Shown piece after piece: positions 48,401 to 57,900 of a DNA stretch of 64,000 nucleotides. The notes beneath the pieces are model-generated. The model did not search any database, was not told where the DNA came from, and saw only the letters and a program-made list of their open reading frames with translations. The stretch lies in the IMG/VR virus record IMGVR_UViG_3300048672_001051, positions 1-64,000 of that record; one strand, given 5' to 3'. The stretch's first letter is position 1, and every line of letters starts with the position of its first letter. The position numbers and the translations under genes are program-made.

Positions 48401-48931
48401 GCAGGTGGTTCTAGTACAGCTGTAAAGCAAACAAAGATACTTGCCCGCATGTACCAGCAAGTTAATGGTGTTGGTAAGATAACAAAAACAGCAATTAAAA
48501 TAGCTGGTTATAAGTTATATGTGCCATTTAAGATACTTACTAATCCAGCACTACTAAGAGTTAGCACACGGCTACTAGGCTTAGCTGCCACCGGCTTGCG
48601 TGGCTTATTAGTAGTTGCAGCGTCTAACCCGATAGGCGCACTGATAACAATTATAGGTGAATTCTTATTACAAATTGTAACATCAACGATAGAGAAAAAT
48701 ATGCTGACACGGCAACCACTAATCTTCTTCCCAATAAGTTGTATGGGTAAACCATACGTGGGCGGTATGACTGGCGTTGTAGACAATACATATTTTGAAG
48801 GCTTAATGCTCAATATCAAGAGAAACTTAGTGCCTATTGAGAAGATGTTACAAGATACTCAAATACGGACACAGGGTACGCTGGAAAGTGATATTGCTGG
48901 ATATTTTAGGGATTTTTTAAAAAGTGATTAA
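42467..48931 (+). CDS. Baseplate hub / tail-associated lysin with SLT transglycosylase, thermonuclease and M23 peptidase domains
   Basis: IETES..GLMQL (SLT, about 44760-45120); VVDGDT..RIKLLDTPE (SNase, about 45270-45690); HYGVD..HLH (M23, about 45820-46165); hub-like LRPGMKFHIRAGYG and GDPTIKAGD. Confidence 0.85.
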   Translation: MSDTINTSYSQEPGEILEINDINLEVLPSDIAMYADNAIYEDVFIRSNGAFAFRSKHSHSKIILTLPIPLIAGSGKYSALEKSAHDNGIRLINELNSYPFCFVKSSRISSYIGTSIASEYLVFGVDELRLVMDLNVPNILFAEITLLYHDHTNYTSSFLFREDFDTESESGAAVSRPADSKLFVQYMDALQNSNKAFNYNQFISEVKTTVKNYGEESTLGLVNLLTPYFFDKDDPSLKLGDGEVYEEFSLSSANLAEHVLSTSILQTANGDDESATIRPSTKKENGSKIVAAYRGDVQLFSNINVVNAVICSRKNSFAKQFIGSHQHPCLQYIGRYPARVEIKTMFNSMNSYKMNVESVTAMFKTLLNKIDSNNMTFPEANAYNHMKVRSLPTSLLLIENIMPDQCTISASSDNKDIDVIDCTFIESSLKEFIDPKEVSVKDLIKVASGADTYKIIAEYIKVLANAKDFNTATHSTLVRSLYVIYDYLREENSASQYKVQYSKDLDSTALNNYKMKSDKEARAIATGRAQLSLVADIKDPIASANNIKNSLQSLSIYLIPKLNNRKVLATNEATNLMKVSDDFIVTDKSGAKVDASLRDIYSFNGTAESALDSFALDLGALYNVGDSVAKQMTTLGTSDTVAKNLNAQFISSFTGENYKDLSLDLLYSDVENRRKLTPFFFLVCRPHFSREEMYTAFKLLDNETINQIQDKINLQVTREYGLSAATDLGTKFLKMGEYSYKPGSETQLNGSGTTKYFASAETNDKYDALITKYADMYGLEPSLVKAVIETESHFNPNIVSPSNAKGLMQLIDTTFAAQKVGSNPFDPEQNINAGCKYLSEVIKKANGNVKNGLSFYHSGPAADLNNLGPAGRAYAPTVFENQKKYSKSLTNSTTPNRLKPDQNVANPFLGTSNGFTSNTQPIINASAYRDASEFKVDSVVDGDTFDATRQLDGKSLRVRIKLLDTPESVGIFNGTSLQAQWYGAEAKQKLRSLLPVGSIVKITGLETDTTYSERTLGVVIRADKLDVALEMIKTGHGLTTSGVNTAYTQAQAKAKADQVGMWAEPARVMPPAQFRAARKKAAEESGKKEPEPIVRGSEETKKDNSNLKNTYAPLKKSSPVTSPYGWRTIFGKQQFHYGVDFGVPIGTQVVSAASGTVSRVFSQASGGGLIVEVAHDARGFVTQYMHLSKALVSAGQRVKADEVIALSGNSGGRSTGAHLHYGVSYNKTRINPFMTVTLSTIPTDTPLIAGDYIHPDATKSAGQRGGETDGGAGLNLYLAGGSKEADVNVFYELQKSEFGELYSVYNEKLMLEKHLEQLLYNYNYTMDTAFPVIKAYITVGNENDELIEGSTIPTSQYFEVNGLQNFKMQCNDDNNPVDVAMFTLANPSFLQTTGAVGLTKQYEIDTSQPGTEYNLSFIENKIRLRPGMKFHIRAGYGNNPNNLKPIFNGMITDISSPMSMTLNIVAESFSRELLYTEMSSDQPRDLTGNDNGSTGYLLGQSMLQESITHFGKSFSALRRITKVLNPFNGTSTYDGEVRDPEAKAMLAPLSPTSYIPPMLTIFSGSGFRQRRFTNLYSADIEKVHDEFETGIINSISRSIDWTRKSSYGYFVYGTTPWQIVKEMEHRHPGTLAKPLLYEDRMTMFYGTKEQLYVARDLNPAYMAQISLKTTLQKLSALAPEASDALAKNIDYAEERPKRLEPATGFHMLSTKTNIISNGLGISNKYKTRINSIYSKSVSDFKKIDGENPAEVVQIDDNLNPWEVRDKTIAMGGCNSRYMAWLYGTQELKSECETMYGGKIVLVGDPTIKAGDYAFIYDNDRNMAGIIKVRECQHNFNMESGFTTEIVPGQYVECANFVWSLFFLKLGFMCKMTSIKLELSQVDTLTTASIAQELDYYYNYIYEKNTSMSDAAIAAIPVAAYTTLGTFLAYSAIYTNGKSNFVKAMLINGADLATSVAKKGYAKLATVQFKNGFSLGKYLAGGSSTAVKQTKILARMYQQVNGVGKITKTAIKIAGYKLYVPFKILTNPALLRVSTRLLGLAATGLRGLLVVAASNPIGALITIIGEFLLQIVTSTIEKNMLTRQPLIFFPISCMGKPYVGGMTGVVDNTYFEGLMLNIKRNLVPIEKMLQDTQIRTQGTLESDIAGYFRDFLKSD

Positions 48932-49625
48932 GACATATAATACGTATATTCCAAAAAATAATACACCGTTAGATATACTGGCAAGAGACTTGCGTCGACA
49001 GCAGTTGTACAAAAGCATAGGTATTATTGAAACAGTAGCACCTATGGGTAACGTCGTATACGCCGTTATAAGGCGCGAATCTTTTAACTCAGAGCGAGGC
49101 GATGACGACTTGTCGCCGCCTCTGTACAATAACCCTATGAATCGTCCAGAAAATACGCTAAGCTTATTAGAGTTGCTACTACCAATTAAAAATATTGATT
49201 TGAGCATTTCTCAAATTAATCCAGATAATTTAATAGGTTATAAAGTTGAAGTAGTTGAAAATGAGTCAACTATTATTGAAGTTAACCTTATCCCTGTAAG
49301 TGTTAATTCTCCCGTTAAACTTGAGCTTACAATTCAAGATAGAATCAAAGCGTCTAACCTATATAAAGAAGACCCGTTGCGTCAATATTTTGGCAGGTTA
49401 GGTATGCAAGACTCTGAGATTGATGAGTATTTAAAAATTCCTTATAATGAGACAGCAGGTAAAGTTGTATTATTTGAAGGGGAGTCTTACTGGCATAAAG
49501 ATACTAGTAAGCTTAGAGACAGCGAAAAACAATATACGTTAGCTAGTATTTTAACAAACCTTAAAGGCCTTCCAATGAAGTCGAAAGATTGTCACAGGCC
49601 CGTAAGACTTTTTGGAGCATTATAA
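48924..49625 (+). CDS. Hypothetical baseplate-region protein
   Basis: GTG start overlapping the hub stop; in operon. Confidence 0.5.
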   Translation: MIKTYNTYIPKNNTPLDILARDLRRQQLYKSIGIIETVAPMGNVVYAVIRRESFNSERGDDDLSPPLYNNPMNRPENTLSLLELLLPIKNIDLSISQINPDNLIGYKVEVVENESTIIEVNLIPVSVNSPVKLELTIQDRIKASNLYKEDPLRQYFGRLGMQDSEIDEYLKIPYNETAGKVVLFEGESYWHKDTSKLRDSEKQYTLASILTNLKGLPMKSKDCHRPVRLFGAL

Positions 49626-49628
49626 CAA

Positions 49629-49940
49629 ATGAAAGTAATAAAAGAATCTGCGGATTCCTCAGCATTTTTAATGCTAGACGGTCCAGATGTAATAATGGCA
49701 TCTGGACCAAATTCAATCAGTGTGACTAGGGACGCTGGCAACTTTATAAACGGTCCATTGTCGATAGGTTCTGGGCTAGACTCAATTAAAATTGGAGGTA
49801 TATTTAGGCTAAATCCTCTTATGGCTACAGGCTTACCTTCAACAATGATAACACCAATACCAACATTAATAATTGATATACCATTAAAAGGCTTAGCATC
49901 GTTTAGCGCTGTAGCAGGCCTAGTGAGCAGCTTAATATGA
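49629..49940 (+). CDS. Small baseplate-region protein (possibly spike-related)
   Basis: Beta-strand-rich N-half, LPSTMITPIP; just upstream of the gp25-like gene. Confidence 0.45.
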   Translation: MKVIKESADSSAFLMLDGPDVIMASGPNSISVTRDAGNFINGPLSIGSGLDSIKIGGIFRLNPLMATGLPSTMITPIPTLIIDIPLKGLASFSAVAGLVSSLI

Positions 49941-50329
49941 ACTTATCTGAAATAGTTACAACTAGTATAAGCTTTGATTTAGACTGGACTTTTGATAACC
50001 AAGATATTCTGATCTTGACCGATCAGTCTGAAATTATAATTCAAGGTATAAAAGATAGGCTAAGTACTGACTATGGTGATTATGAATTAAATAGAAAGTA
50101 CGGGTTTAACAGTCAAGCTTATATTGGGAGACCGGTAGATGAACGCACTGCTGAAGATTTAGCTGCTGCTATGTCAAATGTACTGACATTTGACAAATTT
50201 TTATCAAAAACATCTTTTAGAATTTTATGGATTCTAGACAAACATTTAATAGTTTTTAGACTGATACTAACTGACGAATCAGCTATAACATTTACATATA
50301 ATTCCACCGAAGGTTTAACTTTTGAGTAA
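49937..50329 (+). CDS. Baseplate wedge / sheath initiator (gp25-like)
   Basis: IIQGIKDRLSTDYGDYELNRKYG...YIG pattern; 130 aa; precedes the J-like gene. Confidence 0.72.
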   Translation: MNLSEIVTTSISFDLDWTFDNQDILILTDQSEIIIQGIKDRLSTDYGDYELNRKYGFNSQAYIGRPVDERTAEDLAAAMSNVLTFDKFLSKTSFRILWILDKHLIVFRLILTDESAITFTYNSTEGLTFE

Positions 50330-51521
50330 TTTAACATTTCAAATATCAAAAAGTGAAATTCTTAGAAAAATTTCTAATAATTTAGGCGTAACTGATATAA
50401 CTAAATCGTCACAATTGTCTAACTTAGCCGATGGGTTATTAGATATAACACAAACAGCATTTGATCAGATTTCAGAAACGTTTCAAAATAATTTTATTGA
50501 AACTTGTGATGAACAAACACTGGACAAAATAGGATTAGAGGCAGGCCTTCCACGCTACATAAAGTCTAGACTACGCATATCACAATCTGACAGTGCTATA
50601 GAGCTGACTATAGACCCTGAAGATGTTCTCATAGAAGATAGCTTCACACTATTAAAGACAGGTGAATTGTTGACAGTTAATTCTAATGTAGTTATACGAA
50701 TAACATCTGACATAATAGTCACAACAGATAAGGTTGAAAAAACTAGAGTAATAATCGGTGGAATTATAAGTTCATATAATGAGTTGTCGCCAATTAGTTT
50801 GACTGCCGGTACTTCATTAAGCTTTACTCCAAATGTAACTATAAGACCTAACCTTGTAAAATATAATATAAATTTTTTAAAAAGTATTACAAGTACAGTT
50901 ATAGAAGAGTCCTACGAGGACTATAGAGCTAGGCTATTAGCATACTCGGCATCTCCAAAGTATGGTACAGAACTTGCAATAGATACATTAGTGGCTAATT
51001 ACCCATATGTTGATAGATATTACATAGACACATCTACATATCCAGTGAATATATATCTATTAAATCAGCAAATGTATTACACATCTAATAGCGATTACTT
51101 AATAAATAACTACGCAATAGCTGCGTTGTCTGACGAATTGAATATGATTGCAGCTCACAACAGTGTTTATAAAGTTTTAAAAGCTAAAAAAGTAAATCTT
51201 AAAATTATGATAGAGACGGAAGATATTAATCTTCAAGCTAAATTTATAGGCACGTCTTTTATAGACTTTTTATATCAATATAGAACTTTAGGGGAGACGT
51301 TATACATTGATGAGTTTTTAATAGAAGAGTATTTATCAAAGTACTACGATAGTAAACCGACATATAGTTTTCAAGTTTTTTACAGCTTTTCAGGCTTTTT
51401 AGTGACCACTGACGTAGCGGAAATTAGCCCAGAGTCTTACCCTTATATAGAAGAAGTCTATCATAGCAGTAACGAGATAGCTGGAATTATAGGCGATATA
51501 ACTACAAATGGAATTAACTAA
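50322..51521 (+). CDS. Baseplate J-like protein
   Basis: LDKIGLEAGLPR and EESYEDYRARL...GTELAI motifs. Confidence 0.78.
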   Translation: MSNLTFQISKSEILRKISNNLGVTDITKSSQLSNLADGLLDITQTAFDQISETFQNNFIETCDEQTLDKIGLEAGLPRYIKSRLRISQSDSAIELTIDPEDVLIEDSFTLLKTGELLTVNSNVVIRITSDIIVTTDKVEKTRVIIGGIISSYNELSPISLTAGTSLSFTPNVTIRPNLVKYNINFLKSITSTVIEESYEDYRARLLAYSASPKYGTELAIDTLVANYPYVDRYYIDTSTYPVNIYLLNQQMYYTSNSDYLINNYAIAALSDELNMIAAHNSVYKVLKAKKVNLKIMIETEDINLQAKFIGTSFIDFLYQYRTLGETLYIDEFLIEEYLSKYYDSKPTYSFQVFYSFSGFLVTTDVAEISPESYPYIEEVYHSSNEIAGIIGDITTNGIN

Positions 51522-53251
51522 TGACATTATTTAAAATTGATTATAATGAAACATTATCACAGTATTGGCTTTACTCAATCGTAGGCGGGTTTGAATCCGC
51601 CGTATTTAACTTCGGATCTTTCGATATCTCCCACGCAATTTTATATACAAGTTTGGGTGACAATACTGTTAATCTTCGATTTAATTCACTAAGTGATTTG
51701 ACATTAGCTATAAATAACATACCAGAAGCTTATAAGTTAGTTTTATTTTTTTATGGTGATGGGGAATCGACTGATGTAGACTTTAATATTAAGTCTACAA
51801 ATACGCTGACACAAACTGTTAGAAAATGGAGCATAGCTTACAATACAGAGTTAGCTGGACACTCGGAAGAGAATTTTGACATCAGCTATGCTAATTATTT
51901 TATGTCAAAGAAATCTGTAGCGTATAGGGAGTATTATTCAAATCATAATAAAATATTTGAACCTATTTTTAACTTACTTAAAGATAAGACTTCATTAGCT
52001 GACGATTTTCAAAAAGCTGCAACTATAGGTTTATACTACAGGCCAGACAACTTATTAGTAAATAATTTAACAAAGCAGCTACCAGTAAATTTTGAAGGGT
52101 TAACGTACACTGGGAATGTATCGTTTACAGAAGCTTCAATAGATTTAGACGACATAGACACAGATCCGTTGCTATACTATTCAAAATTAAAACTCTTGTA
52201 CATTATGCCAGAGTATAGTGGTGTAGACTATGTTTTAAGATTTAGTGTGGTCTACAAAAATAAGCCGAGTCAAATTGATGTGAAAGTTACTGATAGAAGC
52301 TTACTTAAATTGCCACATTTTATTGACAAACTTGTGCGTGTAGACTTATTATATGATCCTTTGAATACAATGCAAACTACCCCACAACTTCGAGTTGGGA
52401 ACCATGTATTCACAAGCTCTTTTTTAACAAACCCTCACCACGATAAATCTAAAAAAAATCTCTACACAATCTCTTACGAAAGCCCGTTTTTAAAAATACT
52501 GGATTACAATTATAGTCCGGTGAGTACATTTGAAGTTACTGGGTTGCCTACTACAAGTCTTGGACCAATACTTGGTGGTGGACTCGATGGCGAGGGCGCT
52601 ATAGTGCCAGGTCTTGGAGGTGCTAGTAATCAAATTATATTTTTTGTAGACGACAACTCAAATATATACGCTAGTGTAGCTAAGACATTGTATGCTACAA
52701 AACTGAATAAGCCTTTGTGTGACTATAAAAATACTTACACAACTGTGTCTGACGACATAATAGATATTGTCAACACAGAAGGAGCTGAGTATTTAGTTAG
52801 CATAGACTTACAGAAATACTCTTCAAACTATTCTGAGTCAGAATATATACTAAAGATTGGGTCCAACTACTACAACAGCGTAACCGATGAATTTCAAGAA
52901 ACTGTCGTTACAAATAAACTAGAGCCCTCTAGCCTTAGCAGGCTTGAGTTTGAAATAACAAGTACAAAAAATCCTACACAAATTATTTTAACAAATTCAG
53001 ACAAATCTGTAGTTAAAGAAGCTTATGTAGAGACTCCTGAGCTTGCATTCAGAGCTGTTGGCACGCTAAATAGGTACTATGGCTATGCTGAAGATAAATT
53101 TATATTCTCCGATAGTGATGGTGTAGCGCACACGTTAGGTGATCAGTCATATGGCACTAACAATATACTAATAAATAATGAACCTCGTAGTGTCGGTAAA
53201 TATAGCAATTTTGGCGGACCACAATACCTTACAAATCCAGGAAACTTTTAA
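51521..53251 (+). CDS. Hypothetical baseplate/tail protein
   Basis: 576 aa, TAATG coupling; no recognised motif. Confidence 0.55.
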   Translation: MTLFKIDYNETLSQYWLYSIVGGFESAVFNFGSFDISHAILYTSLGDNTVNLRFNSLSDLTLAINNIPEAYKLVLFFYGDGESTDVDFNIKSTNTLTQTVRKWSIAYNTELAGHSEENFDISYANYFMSKKSVAYREYYSNHNKIFEPIFNLLKDKTSLADDFQKAATIGLYYRPDNLLVNNLTKQLPVNFEGLTYTGNVSFTEASIDLDDIDTDPLLYYSKLKLLYIMPEYSGVDYVLRFSVVYKNKPSQIDVKVTDRSLLKLPHFIDKLVRVDLLYDPLNTMQTTPQLRVGNHVFTSSFLTNPHHDKSKKNLYTISYESPFLKILDYNYSPVSTFEVTGLPTTSLGPILGGGLDGEGAIVPGLGGASNQIIFFVDDNSNIYASVAKTLYATKLNKPLCDYKNTYTTVSDDIIDIVNTEGAEYLVSIDLQKYSSNYSESEYILKIGSNYYNSVTDEFQETVVTNKLEPSSLSRLEFEITSTKNPTQIILTNSDKSVVKEAYVETPELAFRAVGTLNRYYGYAEDKFIFSDSDGVAHTLGDQSYGTNNILINNEPRSVGKYSNFGGPQYLTNPGNF

Positions 53252-53859
53252 TGCACTTAACTAATGTAAAATTAAAAGAGAAAATTTTTAATAAACAAAA
53301 TTATATAACATACATAGGCGTGCCAATATTCAATGTGAATGACCCTGAAGTGTACCTTTCAAAAACAGATAATATCTTAATGATTGGTGAGGAGTCTATA
53401 GACATAGACTCCAAAAGTGTTTTAGACGTTATAAATATTTTAAGCGATACGTTTGATATACAACTACAAGATACTTCGGACAGCATAGAATATTACTACC
53501 AAAATGTACCTGCACGTTGTATGTGCGATTTCCAAAGTAAATTAACTATAAAATATAAGCCTACAGAATCTGTATTACGGTATAACACTATTGAGGAGTA
53601 TACAACCGATTATGGCAGTCAATATAGCCTCACAGAGTTAGTGCATGTTGTTAATGGGTTGCCTATGAATATAGAAATAACTCCAAATATGTATTTAGAG
53701 AACTTGACAACATCTTCAAATGTGTTTGCAGTATATACTGCAAACACATTAAGTATAGGTTTAGTTGCCGACTATATTGCAAACACACCGAACCAATTAT
53801 TTTTACCATTCTACAATTTAAGTAGGTTTGGCCCAGGGCCTGGGCCAATATTCGAGTGA
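53251..53859 (+). CDS. Hypothetical protein
   Basis: TAATG coupling; in operon. Confidence 0.55.
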   Translation: MHLTNVKLKEKIFNKQNYITYIGVPIFNVNDPEVYLSKTDNILMIGEESIDIDSKSVLDVINILSDTFDIQLQDTSDSIEYYYQNVPARCMCDFQSKLTIKYKPTESVLRYNTIEEYTTDYGSQYSLTELVHVVNGLPMNIEITPNMYLENLTTSSNVFAVYTANTLSIGLVADYIANTPNQLFLPFYNLSRFGPGPGPIFE

Positions 53860-53868
53860 TTATATAAT

Positions 53869-54903
53869 ATGCATTTAACTTACAAATTAAGCGTAACCGC
53901 TAACGTAAACATGGACTATGATTTAGACATACCCTACACAGACACTAACGATTTAAATGTCTTGAAAACTCCGCAAGGATTCTATATAACAACTGGCAAC
54001 AAGTTAAACTATAATATAGCTGATGAGGTTAATATTGTAGAGAGGCCTAATAGTGTACTAGTAGAGCGTGAAGGTTCTTACACAACATCAAAAGCTAATC
54101 TAGTGCCGAGTATAGCAACAGTCTCTGAGAATATTTTAGGATATTCTCAGAGTTTAATAAAGTTACCAAAATTGCAAGAAAATATTTTTCAGAATATTTA
54201 CCCAAATCGTAAGTTTATACTATATGACAGCTCTTTAAACGAAATTACTGGAAATCTAGATACTAACTATAGTACAATATCTGCTAATGTTCAAAATGTG
54301 TACGCATACTACGAGACACTAACAGGCACTATAGTGCCAGCAAATAACTATAAGTCTATTTCAGCGGACGATATAAAAGCTGCTGTTAATGGGTTTAATA
54401 ACATATCTGTTGTCAGCCCATCGAGATCTTTGAGAAAACTTAACGATTACTCTGTACGTATTATCAACTCTCCAAGACCTGTCAATGTACAGTCTAACTA
54501 TAATTTTATTGTAAATAATTATCTTACAAATAAATTTACAGTTACACCTAACAGAGAATTTCAATTTATGCTAACAATTGATGCTCTGTCAAATCTAAAT
54601 TCTTTTCAGCATGATGAAAATCAAGAGTATATTGTGTACTCTATCGACGATACTTCAACTCCACTATATTATGTTGTATACGACAGTAATCTAGATTTGG
54701 GTGAGTTTGATACACTTTTGAAGTCTGCGCCTGAATACAAAGAAGCTTACGCAATTCTTCCAAAATACCTAACATTAACTTTGACAAATTCTTATGGTGA
54801 GTATACAAATCTCTTGTTGCTAAACGAAGACTTTACAACTTATTTAAAAGGTGATGACACTTTTTACAACTCAATTAAAACAACCTACGAAATACCAATA
54901 TGA
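53869..54903 (+). CDS. Hypothetical protein
   Basis: 344-aa Asn/Tyr-rich ORF; ATGA overlap with the next gene. Confidence 0.55.
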   Translation: MHLTYKLSVTANVNMDYDLDIPYTDTNDLNVLKTPQGFYITTGNKLNYNIADEVNIVERPNSVLVEREGSYTTSKANLVPSIATVSENILGYSQSLIKLPKLQENIFQNIYPNRKFILYDSSLNEITGNLDTNYSTISANVQNVYAYYETLTGTIVPANNYKSISADDIKAAVNGFNNISVVSPSRSLRKLNDYSVRIINSPRPVNVQSNYNFIVNNYLTNKFTVTPNREFQFMLTIDALSNLNSFQHDENQEYIVYSIDDTSTPLYYVVYDSNLDLGEFDTLLKSAPEYKEAYAILPKYLTLTLTNSYGEYTNLLLLNEDFTTYLKGDDTFYNSIKTTYEIPI

Positions 54904-57900
54904 GTAATATTTTTAACCACACAGCGCAACCAATAAATTCTACAACGTCGCCAACAGAGGCGTTGGCGTTAGAGGTGTCAGAAGCTTTTGATAGTGTATC
55001 AACTATAATTAGTAAAGAAGGTTCAGTAATTACAGATTATAAAGATATTATTGGCAATATCTTTTTAGACCAACTACAAAAACATGGCGCTTATAGCACA
55101 ACAACTCAAAATTTTCCAGTAATTGCTAACTCTAAAGACTTTGAACTGAACGCTGTACCGGATGGTGTTGTGCTTACAGTAACATATACAGAGTCTGGTA
55201 ATGATACTGTCTTGACAAGGATTAATGCTAGCGCAGACTTTAGTGATACAATGCAGTATAAACTGTACGGTAAAGTGATAAGCACAAATCTATCTGAGCA
55301 GACAGGTGTAATAACCATAGACTACTCAGGGTATGCTTTCAATTTAAACGGTGTCAAAGTTTTAAGCAATTGCCTTAAAAATACCGATAACTCATTCCAC
55401 AGAAGTCCAGAAGAGACTGGGACCGGAACTTATAGAGTTATTTTTGACACAGATATTGAAAACAATTTAGGCGACCATTTAGTAAATACAAACAATCCTT
55501 TATTTTTCTTCACAACTGAAAACTATACTTACTACAACATTATACCGGTAACTAACTTTACAATTGACGGTGCAACAGTAAACTTCACAAGTGCTGATTA
55601 CAGTCCAACTATTAATTCAAAAGTTGTAGTTGTCGTAAACAATACAACTATTTTTGAATTAGTTAATCACTTGTATGCAGAGTTTGTTAATCACGATCAT
55701 AGTAATGACAAGTTAAGTAAAGGGCTTACAACAACAGACCTTTTAGATAGGCATAAAGATACCGCAGTTATTGGGTATGGTGATGGGTTAGTACCAAACT
55801 ACCAGTTCCCGCAATACCTTAACAGAGAAGGTTATAATTCTGATTTAGACAGTGTTTATGAAAATGCTTTCCTAGGCACTTTGTTTCTCGGCAGCATCAT
55901 CAGCGAGACAGACCAACTATATAAGAGCCTAGGTAAAAATTCTTATGAATTAGTATTTGGAGACCCAGACATTGGGCCTAAGATTTTTTATAATTATTTA
56001 AATAACGGTCTAACTATAGAAGCTACTGCAGGCTACAACGGTCTGACAATAGAAACTGATGAGCTAAATCCACAATTAAAATTAAACTCTAGTGAGTTCA
56101 CATCTAAGAGTGGTGAGAGTCTGAGTGTAAAACCGGCTGCGGGCTTATTTAAGATCGAAGATGTAGACGTGAGCACAAAGTCTAAACTTGCAGTATCATT
56201 GATTGACGTGTTAGAGGCTATCCAAATAAACTCTGGAGTGGTTGAAGACCGACTAGACTTTGGTAATATTCGCCTAGAAGTCTTGAACGGAAATTTAACT
56301 ATAGGTTTAATAGACAATTTAATTGATAGTGTACTTACACTTGCAAATAAAACTCACATAGTATCCGGAACTTTTGATAATCTGAAATTTACCGATAATA
56401 GTGAGTTGGGGCTAGATTCTGAAAATTATTTAGGAATTGTTGATGATAGACTTGCAATTGTAAATAATCGTGCAGTTCTATTTGTAGGAAGCTCAGGAGA
56501 TTCTGGCTATGAGTTAAGAAAAAGCTCTACAGCTATGCCTAGCTTTAAATTATACAACTCATCAAAAGTCAAAGAGGCGTCGACACTTGCAGATGAAAAT
56601 ACGTATATTGAAATACCTAAAGACCAGAAATTATATCTAATAGCTAATACAACAGAATCTCATACTGTTGGTGGGGTAACTTACGAGTTTAATAATGATG
56701 CTGCTAGCAACAATGTAAATGATTTGCAAGACTGGTTTAAAGCTTCTGTAGTTTTAGGTGATTTAGAACTAGACGCTAGCACTGAAGATTCTAAGAAAGG
56801 TTTAAAGATTGGCTCTACAACTATTAGCGTTATAGGTGATAATTTAGATTGCCCTGCAGGTTTAACATTAATAGAGTCTGATTCTGCTGTTAATATTGTC
56901 CAACCTATGTCTGGACCATCTTGTACTAATTTAAAGTACCAAGACTTAGCTACAGGCTCATTAACTGTTAACGGCTTACTACTAGCGCAAGAGTCGCTGC
57001 ACGTAGCTTCTGACTTAACAGTTGGCGGCAGCGTAAGTTTAGTTGATGTTGAAGTTGCAGATACTCTAAAAACTGCTAGCCTTGTTGTTGAAGGTGGTGC
57101 AGAAATCCTTACGAGTTTAGTAGTCAACGGTACTGTAAATATTAAAAATAAAGCTTTATTTGAAAATGATTTGACAGTTAACGCTAACCTGAAAGCAAGT
57201 GCAATAGAGACAACTGGCAGTGTCAGCATAGGCGCTAAATTATTCGTAGAGGACGCTTTATACATTAGAGGTGACTCTATAATAGACGGCACTCTGCAGA
57301 TAAATGCTGGTATAACGACTGCTGGTGAGCTTCGAGGCGCTTCTATAGTTTCTGACACTTTAGATGTGCAAACCGGACGTGTTAGTCGAACACTTGAGGT
57401 TTTAGGTGGCGCGACAATTGGAGGTGCTCTTACTGCTAAGTCCAATGCAGTTGTTGGTGGTAGCTTAACCGTAGCTGGAGATATTGCAACAACAAAAGAT
57501 CTTACATGTGAAGACTTGTTTACTATCGGCTCAATAAGTGCAAGAGGCGGTTTAAGTGTTAATGGCATTGCGTCTCTGGTAGGTAACAATATAACAATAG
57601 GTACTGATACGAGCTACACCACACTTAGCGGTAAAGTTCAATTTAACACAGCAAACTTGTCGTTCAACGGCGAAACAAAATTTTTAAACACTGTTAATAT
57701 ACTTGGAGATACTAAGACTTTAGGATTGTTTGAAAACTCTGGTGGTATAGTTACGCAATCTTCGATAACAGCGACAGGTAACATATCAACAGAAGGTTCG
57801 CTATATGTCAACACTGGAGTGACAACAACTACAGCTACGATCAACGACAGCTTAGTTGTAAACGGCAACACTACTATGCAAGCTATGACATTACAAACGG

